From Eledone cirrhosa (lineage: Eukaryota), in NCBI GenBank assembly GCA_964016885.1, contig OZ024742.1, forward strand, positions 173,600,001 to 173,664,000: a DNA stretch of 64,000 nucleotides, in the 5' to 3' direction. The notes below the pieces were generated by a model, which was not told the DNA's origin, did not search any database, and saw only the letters and a program-made list of their open reading frames with translations. The translations under genes were made by a program, and so were the position numbers. Positions 45,288 through 61,032 of the stretch are shown here, in pieces (positions within the stretch are counted from its first letter, which is position 1; the number at the start of each line of letters is the position of its first letter).

Positions 45288-46196
45288 CGTAAAATAAGAA
45301 AATTATAAAATTAACTTACTTACTAAAATATCACTTCCAACTAATTAGTTTCTGGAATGGAATAAATATATTTTCCTAAGAAGATACAGAGGAGCATTCC
45401 GTCGTCAGGGAGGTCTATTCTCATCTAAGTATCGAGGCAAAGCGTGCACACTGGAAACTTATTAAAAAATAATTCAGTGGATAGGAAATAGCAAAGCGTG
45501 GACTGAATTCCTAGCCATTGAGAAAATCACTGCCTCTGTGTCGGTGGCAATTTCAAAAAGAATCAATCACGTGACATCGAGGTCAATCAGTGGAAAGTTG
45601 TTTGCTAATAAGACAGCGGCCTGCTACCAGTCATTGCCAATATTGCTCGACAAATAATTTGGAGATAATTATAAAGAATTAATATCTAGTAACATATATA
45701 TACATACAGATGCATATCAATGCTAGCAAATATATAGGTTTTGTCTTAGTAACTTTGTGGTTCAATGCATTGACCTCGATGTCACGTGATTGATTCTTTT
45801 TGAATTTGCCACCGACGCAGAGGCAGTGATTTTCTCAATGGCTAGAAATTCAGTCCACGCTTTGCTATTTCCTATCCACTGAATTATTTTTTAATAAGTT
45901 TCCAGTGCCCACGCTTTGCCTGGATACTTAGATGAGAATAGACCTCCCTGACGACGGAATGCTTCTCTGTATCTTCTTCGGAAAATATATTTATTCCATT
46001 CCAGAAACTAATTAGTTGTAAGTGATATTTTAGTAAGTAAGTTAATTTTATAATTTTCTTATTTTACGTCTCTCATATTATTGTTCGGCAACCCCATGCA
46101 TTGAACTACAAAGTTACTAAGACAAAACCTATATATTTGCTAGCATTGATATGCATCTGTATGTATATATATGTTACTAGATATTAATTCTTTATA
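45282..46196. mobile_element. Family K non-coding element: two opposed, circularly permuted ~510-bp monomers with HHRs (45336-45411 -, 45945-46020 +)
   Basis: tcc CTGACGA c ggaatg...cattcc a GAAA ctaattag TT gga; arms 45282-45584/45771-46076 and 45670-45770/46097-46196. Confidence 0.85.
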
Positions 46197-46271
<75 letters not shown>

Positions 46272-46287
46272 GTATATATGTATATAT

Positions 46288-47387
<1,100 letters not shown>

Positions 47388-47390
<3 letters not shown>

Positions 47391-47872
47391 TAATATTGAA
47401 GAATAACATGGTCGGCTGTACAAAAAGGTTTCATTTCTAGTATTAACAATTGTTTCATTGATCAGGTGAGTCTAAAGGCCGCTAATAACTCGAAGTTGCG
47501 TCACTCGACCTTAAATACAGTGTTTACCTCTGATCAAATCAACCGTATTTTTCGATGATTTGATCAGAGGTAAACACTGTATTTAAGGTCGAGTGATGCA
47601 ACTTCGAGTGATTAGCGGCCTTTAGATTCACCTGATCAATGAAACAATTGTTAATACTAGAAATAAAACCTTCTTGTACAGTCGACTATGTTATTCTTCA
47701 ATCTTTCACTATTATTACTCCAAGAATAACCTGCATAGGAATTCTCACGAACTTGCTACCTAACGATTGAAACCTCTTGTTGAGTCAAACAACGGCGTAT
47801 GTTAAAACTATCCACAATACAGAGTACTCACAACCCCGAACTGGATTATCTATAACGATAACTTGTTATCCC
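47388..47872. mobile_element. Family G fold-back element; HHR at 47545-47657 (+)
   Basis: ~145-bp inverted arms; gtatt..tcGATGA tttgatcag...ctgatcaat GAAA caattg TT aatac. Confidence 0.75.
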
Positions 47873-47882
47873 ATATATATTT

Positions 47883-47969
<87 letters not shown>

Positions 47970-47989
47970 GTATGTATCTATATCCATAT

Positions 47990-48530
47990 TAATGGGTTAA
48001 AACTTGTGTTATAACCATGTATTAGGTTACGTTAGAATACGTACCTGTGTAAACATTTTTTATGCACTGGTTGCATAGGGATTTAATAGGAAATTATTGA
48101 TACAGCGTTTATACAATGTGGGCTTTCGCGAAGGTTCTTGACTATTTGGGGATTTCAAATAAACCACGAACGGTTAAGCGTTGGTAGATGAGTTTCGGAT
48201 TTTCCATTGAAATGTTGATGCGGTTTATGTCAGGAAAGAAAGATGGATGGCGGATTGATGGTTTGGGATTTTACATAGAAATCTTAATTATATATGATGG
48301 GGATATTTCAGGTTTAGGCAATTCTCTTTCAGTATAAGCAGGTGGTGATATGTGTGTTTGAAGAGATTGTTCTAAAGAGTACATTATTTCGGGTTCGTTT
48401 CTCATTGTTGGCTTGGTTGTAAATCGTCGGAATGCGTTTGAAAAAATGATATTGTTGAGTGGTACGTTCGTTAGGCGTCATCCCACATAGAATTGGATCG
48501 ATATGAGAAGCAACCTTGCACATCTAAGTA
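47990..48530 (-). pseudogene. Possible very old PLE thumb remnant
   Basis: YLDV, NIIFSNAFR, LKYPHHI, NISMENPKLIYQRLT in shifting frames. Confidence 0.3.
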
Positions 48531-49206
48531 AATAGCTTCCTCTTCATTCAGGCATTTAACCTACTTCATTCCATAGTCCTTCCTATTTGCTTCTATGCTA
48601 TATGTATATATATTTTGTACTGTGCTAGAGAAAGATTCTCAACTCTTGTTGACGCACCTGTTTTGAATGATCTCGTTTGATATTCTATTTTATTATTTTT
48701 ATTTTTTTTTTATTTTTGCAGGAGTGATCATCAAATGTTTATATCAATATTTACACCATTTTCAGCTGTATAATTAATAATATTCGCCCTGTGGGTTTGT
48801 TCGCTCGGTTTGGTTACTTTTCATCTGTTTTCTATTTTAATCTTTCCTAATACATATTTTACAAATGTTTTCCTAGAAACATATTGGTTTATGTTGTTGT
48901 TGTTGCTGCTACCACTGTGAATGTGCCTCTCTTACCGCTAACCTAATACAATAAAAGATCTTGAAATATGGCAAGCGAAACAAATTAAATAAAAGATTTG
49001 AAAACAGTTTTTCCACTTCCAAACAGGAAAACATTTAAAAACCTAATCTCGACTAGTTTTTAATAAGTCTGCGTGACACGACAGAGGGGATAATCCCCAC
49101 ATTGTTAGAAAAATCCACAATAATCACGTTCTGACACGGGGGCGATGCTTATCATGTCTTTCAAAAACAGACACAAGAAAGAAAAATACATTAGCAACTA
49201 CGATAA

Positions 49207-49722
49207 TAATTGTTTCTAATGTTGGCACCAGGCCAGCAATTATCCCAGTGCATTGTTGGTGCTTTATTTTATCGACCCCGTAAGGATGAAAGGCAAGCCA
49301 ACCTCGGCGGGATTAGAAATCAGAACGTAAAAGCCATAACTCTATGTTTCAAATCACGGTGTATGAGGTTTTACCGATACTGCCAATCCACCGCCCTATA
49401 ATGATACAACTACAATAATAATAATAATAATCGTTTCTACGTTTAGGCACAAGGCCAGCAATAACCCAGTGCATTACTGATACTTTATTTTATCGAACCC
49501 GTAGGGATGAAAGGCAAAGTTAACCTCGGCGGGATTTGAACTCAGATCGTAAAGGGACGTAACTATGCTGGAAAGCATGGCGTCCGACCCTCTACCGATA
49601 CTGCCAATCCAATAATGGTTTCTGATTTAGGCACAAGGCCAGCAATTTTGGTGGGGAAGATGGTTGCATTAATCCCAATGCGTTACTGGTATTTTATTCT
49701 ATCGAGCTTGTAAGGATGAAAA
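49207..49722 (-). mobile_element. Head-to-tail array of three SINEs
   Basis: Reverse matches to the 13341 family separated by (AAT)n. Confidence 0.85.
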
Positions 49723-50136
49723 CTCTTACTACTAAAACATTCTTACTAATACTACTAACACCACTACTACTAGTGCCGGCGGTGTTGGTGCTTGTGGTAA
49801 CAGTAATATGTTTTCGTCCCAACATAAATGACTGCAATAATAATCGTCTCTCACTATCAACATTTGTTGAAAAGACTGGGTAAAGTATCCTGGGGAATGA
49901 AACAATGGAACGTGGCACCTGCGGTGAATATAACCCTACAATCCTCTCGGATGCCGAGCGATTACATTGATCAAAACTTTAGCAGGGAACCTGGTGACTC
50001 ATTTTGGAACATTTTAAGTGTATAGTTGGAAATGTTAACATCCAGTTGATATAAGCAGCACTCACACACATATTGTTATATATATGTGCATACTATATAT
50101 ATATATATATATAAATTATATATATATATATATATA

Positions 50137-50400
50137 GTTATACTTTGGGATGGTCATGCTGACAATAAAAAGGCACCCACCTGTTATTTTCAATTTAATT
50201 TACTAAAGGTTTCCGGTTTGTTGGCAGGTTGGATCGACACCAGGCGGTTGATTATATATTGTCATAGCTCTTTCGTCCCACAGTCTGTGAATACCTCCCC
50301 CCCCCCCATTCCAGTGATTTTGTTTGTTCTATCCTACACCATATTGTCCTTGTGTGCTCTATGTGTCTAGTTCGCGCACGCGCCACACCCGGGCCTGCGC
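50137..50400 (-). mobile_element. Diverged solo pLTR related to the intact PLE
   Basis: gttatactttggga..gtcatg, gtcatagctctttcgtc and ttctatcctac(a)ccat align with 34783-35085. Confidence 0.8.
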
Positions 50401-50401
50401 G

Positions 50402-50891
50402 TGATAAGTACCAAAAAGTACGAAACAGAGCTCTCTCAGCTTTATCTCCCCCTGTTTGCTGAAAATTTAAAGTAAGTGAGACTGTCACTACTCTAAAACA
50501 ATAGCGTAAGGTCTTCGAAATGCTGTTAATTAAGCATACAGTGTATTGCAAAATACACTATATATACATTCATATATATATCGCTATTTCAGAGCACCAA
50601 TTCTAATTTTCAATTTCTGCTTGACCGGCAACCACTCTGCATAATCAGTTCCTGATTATTACTACAATTCTATAATAATCAAACATTCATTATTTTCAGC
50701 AAACTAGTGGAGTACTTAGATTTGATAAGTACCAAAGAGTTCGAAACAGAGCTCTGTCAGCTGTATCGCCTCTGTCTGCTAAAAATTTAAAGTGAGTGCG
50801 ACTGTCACTATTCTAAAACAATAGCTTAAGGTCTTCGAAATGCTGTTAATTAAGCATACAGTGTATTGCAAAATACACTATATATACATTC

Positions 50892-50893
<2 letters not shown>
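50402..50893 (+). mobile_element. Family D tandem (321-bp period) with HHRs at 50402-50441 and 50718-50762
   Basis: TTGATAA gtac-caaaaa-gtac GAAA cag-agct-ctg TC agct consensus. Confidence 0.85.
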
Positions 50894-50922
<29 letters not shown>

Positions 50923-50923
50923 C

Positions 50924-50969
<46 letters not shown>

Positions 50970-50974
50970 ATGAA

Positions 50975-52249
50975 ATATGAAATATAAGAATCAAAGAACT
51001 GTTCAAAACATTCTTGTGCTTACAGCTGTTTCCTCCAAACCGAGGTTTGGATTCTTCGGAGCAATTTATTAATGCATGGACAGTTATATGACCTCCTTTT
51101 CAGCCGAGAGACATACCAATACATATTCAAACATTGATACATATTCAAACATTGTGGGTCAACATTCATTACAGAATTTAGAGTGGCAGTACACACTTCG
51201 AGATTACATTTATATTAATAGGTACAATCAAAAATCAAAGATATAGGTTAAAGTACAACATGAAGATAAGTGGTTATATAGTGCAAATGTTATATGTGTG
51301 GCACGCATGTGCGTCTTGTTTATATAGTGTGGCAGAGAGATATGTGTGGTAGAGGCACTTAGGTAGGTAAATAAGAGTGTTAGGTTGGTAGATCTGGTGG
51401 CAAAGTCTTTATATGATTGATATAGTCTGTGTGTGGAGAAATATTATAAGCATTAAAGATAGTGCAAGCATTAAAAGTGTTATAAGTATTGGAGATGCAC
51501 AGCGCAGGGATGTCAAGTAATTCATGTACTTCGGCATTTTCATGGTCAAGGGAGTGTATATTTCGAGTATATGCCTTTCACATAATCCACGACAATCCAG
51601 TTAGAGATCGTAGTCTGGTGTACTTTAGTTCGATACAGGAGGTTGTTACGTTTCGAGAAACGCCATTGAAAATCTACCAACCTAACACTCTTATTTACCT
51701 ACCTAAGTGCCTCTACCACACATATCTCTCTGCCACACTATATAAACAAGACGCACATGCGTGCCACACATATAACATTTGCACTATATAACCACTTATC
51801 TTCATGTTGTACTTTAACCTATATCTTTGATTTTTGATTGTACCTATTAATATAAATGTAATCTCGAAGTGTGTACTGCCACTCTAAATTCTGTAATGAA
51901 TGTTGACCCACAATGTTTGAATATGTATCAATGTTTGAATATGTATTGGTATGTCTCTCGGCTGAAAAGGAGGTCATATAACTGTCCATGCATTAATAAA
52001 TTGCTCCGAAGAATCCAAACCTCGGTTTGGAGGAAACAGCTGTAAGCACAAGAATGTTTTGAACAGTTCTTTGATTCTTATATTTCATATAACTGCTCTG
52101 TAAATCATCTGATGTTTTTACATTGAGCTACTTAACTTACTGGTAATAAGGTAGTAATACATTACTGCCTACCACTATTTAGGGTGTGTGTAAAATACTT
52201 ACAACTGCTTAAGGTTTTGTGTTTACATAACCATAAATAGTATAACTAA

Positions 52250-52253
<4 letters not shown>
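50975..52253. mobile_element. Family L: ~419-bp apparently identical inverted arms with U4C HHRs (51017-51063 -, 52002-52048 +)
   Basis: tgct CCGAAGA atccaaac-ctcg-gtttggag GAAA cagctg TA agca. Confidence 0.85.
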
Positions 52254-52309
<56 letters not shown>

Positions 52310-53389
52310 AGGAAAAGCGAAGTAGATTCAGATGTTCAAGTCCTTTAATAATAATGCTGTGATATATATCTCAATGGCAACAGTGGCCACACTGTTCCGT
52401 GCGCCAGTGCCGCGACATCGTCAGACAGCTTGTTACAAAATAAGGTTTTGTTTCCGAGGCCATCCAAATTGAATCGACATGGGAACGGACGAACTGTGTG
52501 CTCTTGGGTTCTTCGTCCGTTCCCTTGTGAGTACCAATTCACCCCCACCGGTCTGTGCAGGCGCAGGTCCGAAGGAAATTGACTATTAGCTACAGCAGAT
52601 TTCAACGAAATTCGCCTAATCAGTTCTCCCTCACAACCAAACAATGACCCATTTAGACCTGTTATATATAGCTTACTGCTAACCACCCCGTCAATGGCAG
52701 TCAGCCGAAAGGCAATGGGGATGGGAGAGTGCTTGAATTGAATTGCATCAATGTTTAACCTAAGAAGTTAGCTCCAATTAGTTGAGCGCTCTATGATGTA
52801 ACCGATATAGTGGAGAAGAGAGGAACCAGCCACCAGTTACACCCGGAAATTCCCTCTACCATGGGGAGGGAAATCCCTGATTCTGGCCCGACATAAAAAT
52901 AACTTCCGGCAGGATAAATTGGATGAAACAAAAACAACAATAAACCCCTATTTTCCTGCAACAAATTGCATTTGAATAGAAGCCCCCTCAATTCAATCTA
53001 TATATGGACAAATTGACAATCATATTAATCATGTATCCCCTATCTCATTTTGCATATATGTACTGTATGTGTTTTTTGCATTTATTGGATATTTTTTGTG
53101 TGTTTTTTTTTTTGTACTTCATATCTGTGTTTTTCTTTGTTTTGTTCCATGTGATAGAAATTCTAGCTATGTACCCGCCTAACTACTACCTTTCATAATT
53201 TACCCTCCGTTCTACTGTACGGTACCATCGTTCAGTATGTAGATAATATATCTGTAACATTAATACCCCTTTCAAAACTTCTTACTTAAACATCTCCCTA
53301 TGTAGTAGATAGTATAGGTGCATATATTTTTTACTCACTTCAATCTATATTTTTTTACTCACCTCAATCTAGATTCTCACTTGTAAATC

Positions 53390-53537
53390 TTTTTAATTTT
53401 TAATTTTTAATTTTTAATTTTTAATTTTTAATTTTTAATTTTTAATTTTTAATTTTTAATTTTTAATTTTTAATTTTTAATTTTTAATTTTTAATTTTTA
53501 ATTTTTAATTTTTAATTTTTAATTTTTAATTTTTAAT
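53390..53537. repeat. (TTTTTAA)n heptamer array
   Basis: About 21 perfect units. Confidence 0.95.
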
Positions 53538-53977
53538 ATTTGATTTCTAATTTCCAACTCTCATTCATAACTTCCACTGTGAAACCATGATACTTAGAAT
53601 TAAGTATATTTTATCTTAGAGGTTGATGGTCAATTATACTGTCCATGCTTAATGAGGGGTAGTATTGAGACCTATTGATACTCACACTCTCCCATCCCCA
53701 TTGGCTTTCGGCTTACTGCCACTGATATAGCAGTAAGCTATATATACCAGGCCTGAATGGGTCATTGTTTGGTTGAGAAGGGGAACTGATTAATCGAATT
53801 TCGTTGAAATCTGCGGTAGCTAATGGTCAACATCCTTCGGACCTGCGGCTGCTAAGACCGGTGGGGGTGAATTGGTACTCACAAGGGAACGGACGAAGAA
53901 CCCAAGAGCACACACTTCGTCCGTTCCTATGTTGATTCAATTTGGATTGCCTCGGAAACATAACCTTATTATGTAAC

Positions 53978-54054
53978 AAGCTGTCTGACGATGTGGCGGC
54001 AGTGGCGCACGGAACATGTGGCCACTGTCGCCATTGAAATATATATCACAGCTT
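53978..54054 (+). ncRNA. Canonical type I hammerhead ribozyme
   Basis: aagctgt CTGACGA tg tggcggcagtggc..gccactgtcgcca tt GAAA tatata TC acagctt. Confidence 0.9.
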
Positions 54055-54178
54055 TATTATTAAAGGATTTGAACATCTGAAACTACTTCGCTTTTCCTTA
54101 TTCGATATTTACTCCGTCACTCCTATGTGGATTAAGTACGTTGAGTGCTGGAATTGAATTGCATCAATGTTTACCCTA

Positions 54179-54284
<106 letters not shown>

Positions 54285-54289
54285 TAGAT

Positions 54290-54366
<77 letters not shown>

Positions 54367-54399
54367 TACACGGGTGTGTATGATTGTGTATAGAAGATT

Positions 54400-54754
54400 A
54401 TATTAATAAGAGAAATTCCAACTTTGTCTGATTTACTCGTTTTATTTACAATCCTTTAAAATTTATAATGGTATTATAATGAAATAGTATGATAGAATAT
54501 TTAATTCTAAGTGTTAATTGAACAAGTACTTTCATGCTTTCGCAATCTTTACGTTTATAATATGTGGTGACAGTCTTGCAAACTTGACTGACACCACATA
54601 TTATGAACCTGAAGATTGCGAAAGCATGAAAGTACTTGTTCAATTAACACTTAGAATTAAATATTCTATCATACTATTTCATTATAATACCATTATAAAT
54701 GTTAAAGGATTGTAAATAAAACGAGTAAATCAGTCAAACTTGGAATTCCTCTTA

Positions 54755-54760
<6 letters not shown>
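54400..54760. mobile_element. Family N fold-back element; minimal HHR at 54604-54642 (+)
   Basis: ~175-bp arms; tgaac CTGAAGA ttgc-gaaa-gcat GAAA gtac TT gttca. Confidence 0.85.
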
Positions 54761-54802
<42 letters not shown>

Positions 54803-54804
<2 letters not shown>

Positions 54805-54917
54805 TAGAGGGTCTTAGCAGCAACAAGTTACGGCCCGTTATGATCTGAGTTCAAATCCCGCCGAGGTTAACTTTGCCTTTCATCCTTACGGGGTCGATAT
54901 AATGAAGTACCAGTAAT
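54803..54917 (+). mobile_element. SINE fragment
   Basis: Match to the 13341 family. Confidence 0.75.
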
Positions 54918-54949
54918 ATATATACATATATATATATATATACATCCAT

Positions 54950-56075
<1,126 letters not shown>

Positions 56076-56076
56076 T

Positions 56077-56131
<55 letters not shown>

Positions 56132-56188
56132 TACATATATATATGTATATATATGTATAAATATATAAATATATATATATACATATAA

Positions 56189-56292
<104 letters not shown>

Positions 56293-56901
56293 CGGGCTTC
56301 CACGATTTCAGCCCAACAATTTTAACTCAGAAGGTATCGGATAATCTGAATCTATAACATTATATGCCACGCCATGGGATTAAACCTAAAATGACATGGT
56401 TGCGAAGCGAACTTTATAACCACCCAGTCATGTCAACGAATGAACCCCATTATGACCTCACTGCTATATCAAGTCCAATAACAATTAAAATGTGCAAATA
56501 ATTTAAACTGTAAAACATTATGCGACACTAAATACAAAAAGAGCAAGACACTGGCAAAATGTTATTTATATGATCGTGCAGACATAAATATTTCTAGTCT
56601 AATTAATTTTTTAAGTTGAGAAAAGCCAAATAAAACCCATTAATGAGTATAAAATATTTTTCACATAATTATTAATTATCGTATAATTTATCTAAAGTTA
56701 TTGTTTGTGAAATTCTATCCATATATCAAACGCGAAAATTAATTCTGACAATTAAGAACATCAGTAAATTAATCACTGACAAATACTAACGGTCGGTTGA
56801 TATTTTCCTGATTTATTTCATATCATATTCCACAAATATAACACATTCACCACACACACTCACACACACACACACACGCACACATATATATAGAGATACA
56901 T

Positions 56902-56968
<67 letters not shown>

Positions 56969-57300
56969 AATATATACACGCACAAACACATATACACACA
57001 CACGCATATATATATGTATGTGTGTGTGTATGTTGAATCCCCAAGTCTGACGAAGAGATCCATGCTGGATTCGTGTCCATAACATCCATAGGGGACCTTG
57101 AACGAAACATCTGTGAAACGTACGTAATCAATATAATGATGTAAATGAAACTTCTTCGATTTTTTCTCAATATAAACAATCTGCCTGTACATCATGTGCT
57201 AATATTAATACCACCACTAGTATATCAATACATCTCCTATACTATATGTACATGTATATATAACTATATATATATATATGCGTGTGTGAGTGTGTGTATT

Positions 57301-57341
<41 letters not shown>

Positions 57342-57452
57342 TTATTAAAATAACAGATTAAAGTTTAAGCAAAGAATCGCTGCTTTCACCCTTAACGGGA
57401 TCTTCTGAAATCTTTGGATTTTAGTCTTCAATTTTATTATTATTACTATTAT

Positions 57453-57515
<63 letters not shown>

Positions 57516-57589
57516 TATAGACATATATATATATAGACATATATATATACATACATATATATATATAAGTAATATGATATTATTCTATA

Positions 57590-57680
57590 ATAATTGTTTA
57601 TACTTTAGGCACAAGTCCAGCAATTTTGCAGTACATTACTGGTACTTTATTTTATCGACCCCGTAAGGATGAAAGGCAAA
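57590..57680 (-). mobile_element. SINE 3' half
   Basis: Reverse match to the 13341 family. Confidence 0.7.
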
Positions 57681-58962
57681 TTTCTATAATAATAATATGT
57701 ACACTCTGTATCTCTTTAGTAAGGACAACTACGTTAAATGATGGTCTTAAAAAATACCATCTCATCCATATATAGAAGAAGAAATTCAGTTTCCTAAACG
57801 TGTTTTATTTGCATAATATTTCACTAATCTACATCGTTAGATTATTTATATTATGCCAGCATGGAGGAAAAGACAAGAAAAGGAAAGAAGCCATTTTGGA
57901 TATGATATTTATATTTTTTGCAAATTAAACCTCTCACTTCCTCACCTCTATCCCAGAATCTCTTTCTATTTACTAATTATTGTTCTGAGAGTGATATCAT
58001 CATATTCAGATCCAAGCAAGATCACATACCTCTTAACTAAAATTATTGACAGAATATAGAGTAAAATGCTTACAAACATGTGCCCTTATCCAAATATGTT
58101 TTATGTATATATACGTGAATTTTCCTTCGCACGAGGGACTAGTCAATTTACGTTAGATTGGTACCCCTACATTAGCTGATATAGTGTTGTTGTTTTTTTT
58201 TTTTGGGGGGGGGGGTGCAGTTGCTCGAAAATAAATTGCAGTCTTAATTTCATCTCATAAAAACTGGCGATGGGATTGCGACCTGTCCTGGGAGGTGTGA
58301 GATGGATGCACAAAGATTGCGTACCATGAGACACAAATGAAATTTCGGAAGGGGGTAAACCTTGTACAATTGAAAACTGGAACAAACACACACACGTATA
58401 TCGGCATCAAAGGACGAATTCTTAACCAATCAGATGCAAGAGAAGCTGATAATGTAAAAACACACCTACATACAATACGAGATCACTCACAATATATCAA
58501 CTTCTACTCTTGCCCACGCCTCACATATAGTATCATTTATTTTTATTTTATAACATACATTGTATACATCATTCTTCACTTTTATTATGATATTATTTTA
58601 TCTTTTATTACCTATCAGACATGTAATTCCCTAATTTTATTTATTTCGTTTTTCGTCTTCCTGTTTATATGAATTGGGATAAATACGTTGTATCGCTGAC
58701 TCTACAATCTGTGTTTTGATAATTTGCCTGGTATAAACAGTATTTAAAACTGAATTTCACAATAACATTGTAGATAGTGAATTTAAGACGCAATCGATTA
58801 CATACTAGGCAATGAAAATATGTTAATCCTTGGAATAAAACCATATTGTATAGCTTAACCGTCTAAATCTTCATTCATTCGTTTATGTTTCCCATCTTGA
58901 CGACATAGTCGCATATATGTTATGGAATACTGTTAGCTTCTCGCTAAAACAATTTCTATACC

Positions 58963-58999
<37 letters not shown>

Positions 59000-59000
<1 letters not shown>

Positions 59001-60692
59001 GGATTAACAAATAATAGTTAAATGCAGTCCACTTAGGTGAAGTCCAGTTATGGTATTCCAGGTAGTGGATGATATTAACGCTTGGCTTTGTTTGACTGAA
59101 CAAGGCGTTTTCATAGTGATGCTGCGGGTATGCTGTAATTCCTATGTTGTAAACACTTGGAGTAATAATAAATCAGGAAAGAAGGTTTACATGGTTTGCT
59201 ATACAAAAAAGTTTTTAATCACATAGCTTACATTTGTTTCACTGAACTGGTATGTCTAGAGATCGCTATCCGCTTAATTTTGCGTTACTCGATCGCCAAT
59301 ACAGAATTATAACTAGTCAGATCTTCGGAGCATGCGAGAATGAAGAAAATACACAGGCAAGAAAAGAAAAGAAAATACATGCTACTATATGAAGTAGTAA
59401 TGGCATTCAATTAGAACAATAACAACAATTACAACAATGCTATCAATAAATTATTTAAGGAGACCCTGACATTACTTAGGTGGGGTGTATATAATGTATC
59501 GAATGTTACGGCGTGAAAACTAGCTGTTATAAGGCAAAATGAAGCGTTGACATGTACAGAGTATCGTAGTGTATATCAATTTTAAATTATAAAGATAAGC
59601 TTGTTTTTACAGTCTTTCTCTTCATCTTCAACAGTATACATGAGTGGGACCACTGTCAAAGCTAAATAGTTGTAGAGTTAATACAGAGATTAACGAATTA
59701 ATATACGCATATATTTATGCACACACACACACACACACATACACATACACACACACACACATATATATAAATATATATACACATATATACACATGCATGT
59801 GTACATAGACACATACATACACATCAATATACACTCGTACAAAAATATACATACATGCAAAGAGAAAAGCGTGCTAATTGTAATTATGGTAAAAAGAAGG
59901 TAAAGTAACATTGTAGTAGTGAAATGAGAAAAACTAGGATTTAGGATCAAATGATGGCAGCAGCTGAGAAGGAGTAAGATTGTTGGTAGATGAGGTATTT
60001 ACAGACAATTGTGTGGTATAGACTTGTGAAGGATATAGTATACTTAATGAATATATTTCTGTGGGTAGTAGTTATCCTAAATTAAAGCTATGTTATGTTG
60101 GTTCGATTCACGGAGGTTTGAATCTTATGAATTTAGTGGCTATTCTATGTCTGCAGAAGATAGATCTTTCCAACTTATTATTAAGTAGCCTTTTAACATT
60201 TCTAAGGATATACAATAGCTCAAGATCACACAGCCCGCAATAGGACATCCCTGTACTATAGGTTTTAGCAGCCGACAACTTCGACCAGTTGATACTGTAG
60301 TTAGTGTTGCTGTCCTTCAATTCCCATATGTTTCTGGCGAGGGTGGTGGAACCCATAAGTGCACGGTTTTTCATTGAGTGCCTGTGCACATACCATATTT
60401 TCTTAAAAGAACCCGCGGTGGATCATATGTAATTCCAGGTGGAGTTACCCGAGATGACAGTGCACATGTACACCAGGCTCGAATCGAGACATCTGTTCGC
60501 CAATGGGCACCTATTACAACCCACTTATAACAGAGTACTAAAAAGGAATGTAAAAGCTGCACAAAATAGCGCCTCAAACTGTAACTGTCACCTCCCAGAT
60601 AGGTGCCCATTGGCGAACAGATGTCTCGATTCGAGCTGGTGTACATGTGCACTGTCATCTCGGGTAACTCCACCTGGAATTACATATGATCC
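59000..60692 (-). mobile_element. Truncated Hydra-clade-like PLE: pLTR with HHR (59226-59331), GIY-YIG remnant (60108-60513) and 5' inversion (60514-60692)
   Basis: CNCHLPDRCPLANRCL, STTLARNIWELK, CGLCDLE, CRH; gct CCGAAGA...GAAA caaatg TA agc. Confidence 0.85.
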
Positions 60693-60788
60693 GATAAAAT
60701 AAAGTAATAATAACGCACTGGGGTCGATTTAATTGACTCCCCCCCCCCCCAATTACTGGCCTTGTGCCTATTCTAGAAATTATTATTA
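60692..60788 (+). mobile_element. SINE 3' half
   Basis: cgataaaataaagta...ctggccttgtgcc..tagaaattattatt. Confidence 0.65.
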
Positions 60789-61032
60789 CTGTATTTATAT
60801 ATATATATCATTATTATTATTATTATTGCTCTAAGCGGACGTATTTTGCTCGCTCACAGTAAGTCGCTTTATTTGCCTGTTTAAATTATTTGTTGTTAAA
60901 TATTTCTTGTTGTGTAAGTGATATAAGCCCTTAGACTTTTCCCCGTGAAGGGGAAAGTATAATATTTGGACCAAAAGGCCCAAATAGTTGAACTTTTTTT
61001 ACATGTTAAAAAATTTACGAAGAAAATAAAAC

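Noticed and set aside
60423-60425. TGA as selenocysteine, as in Naiad PLEs
   Set aside because: It replaces the Gly of YIG, not a Cys, and the element has a C-terminal endonuclease
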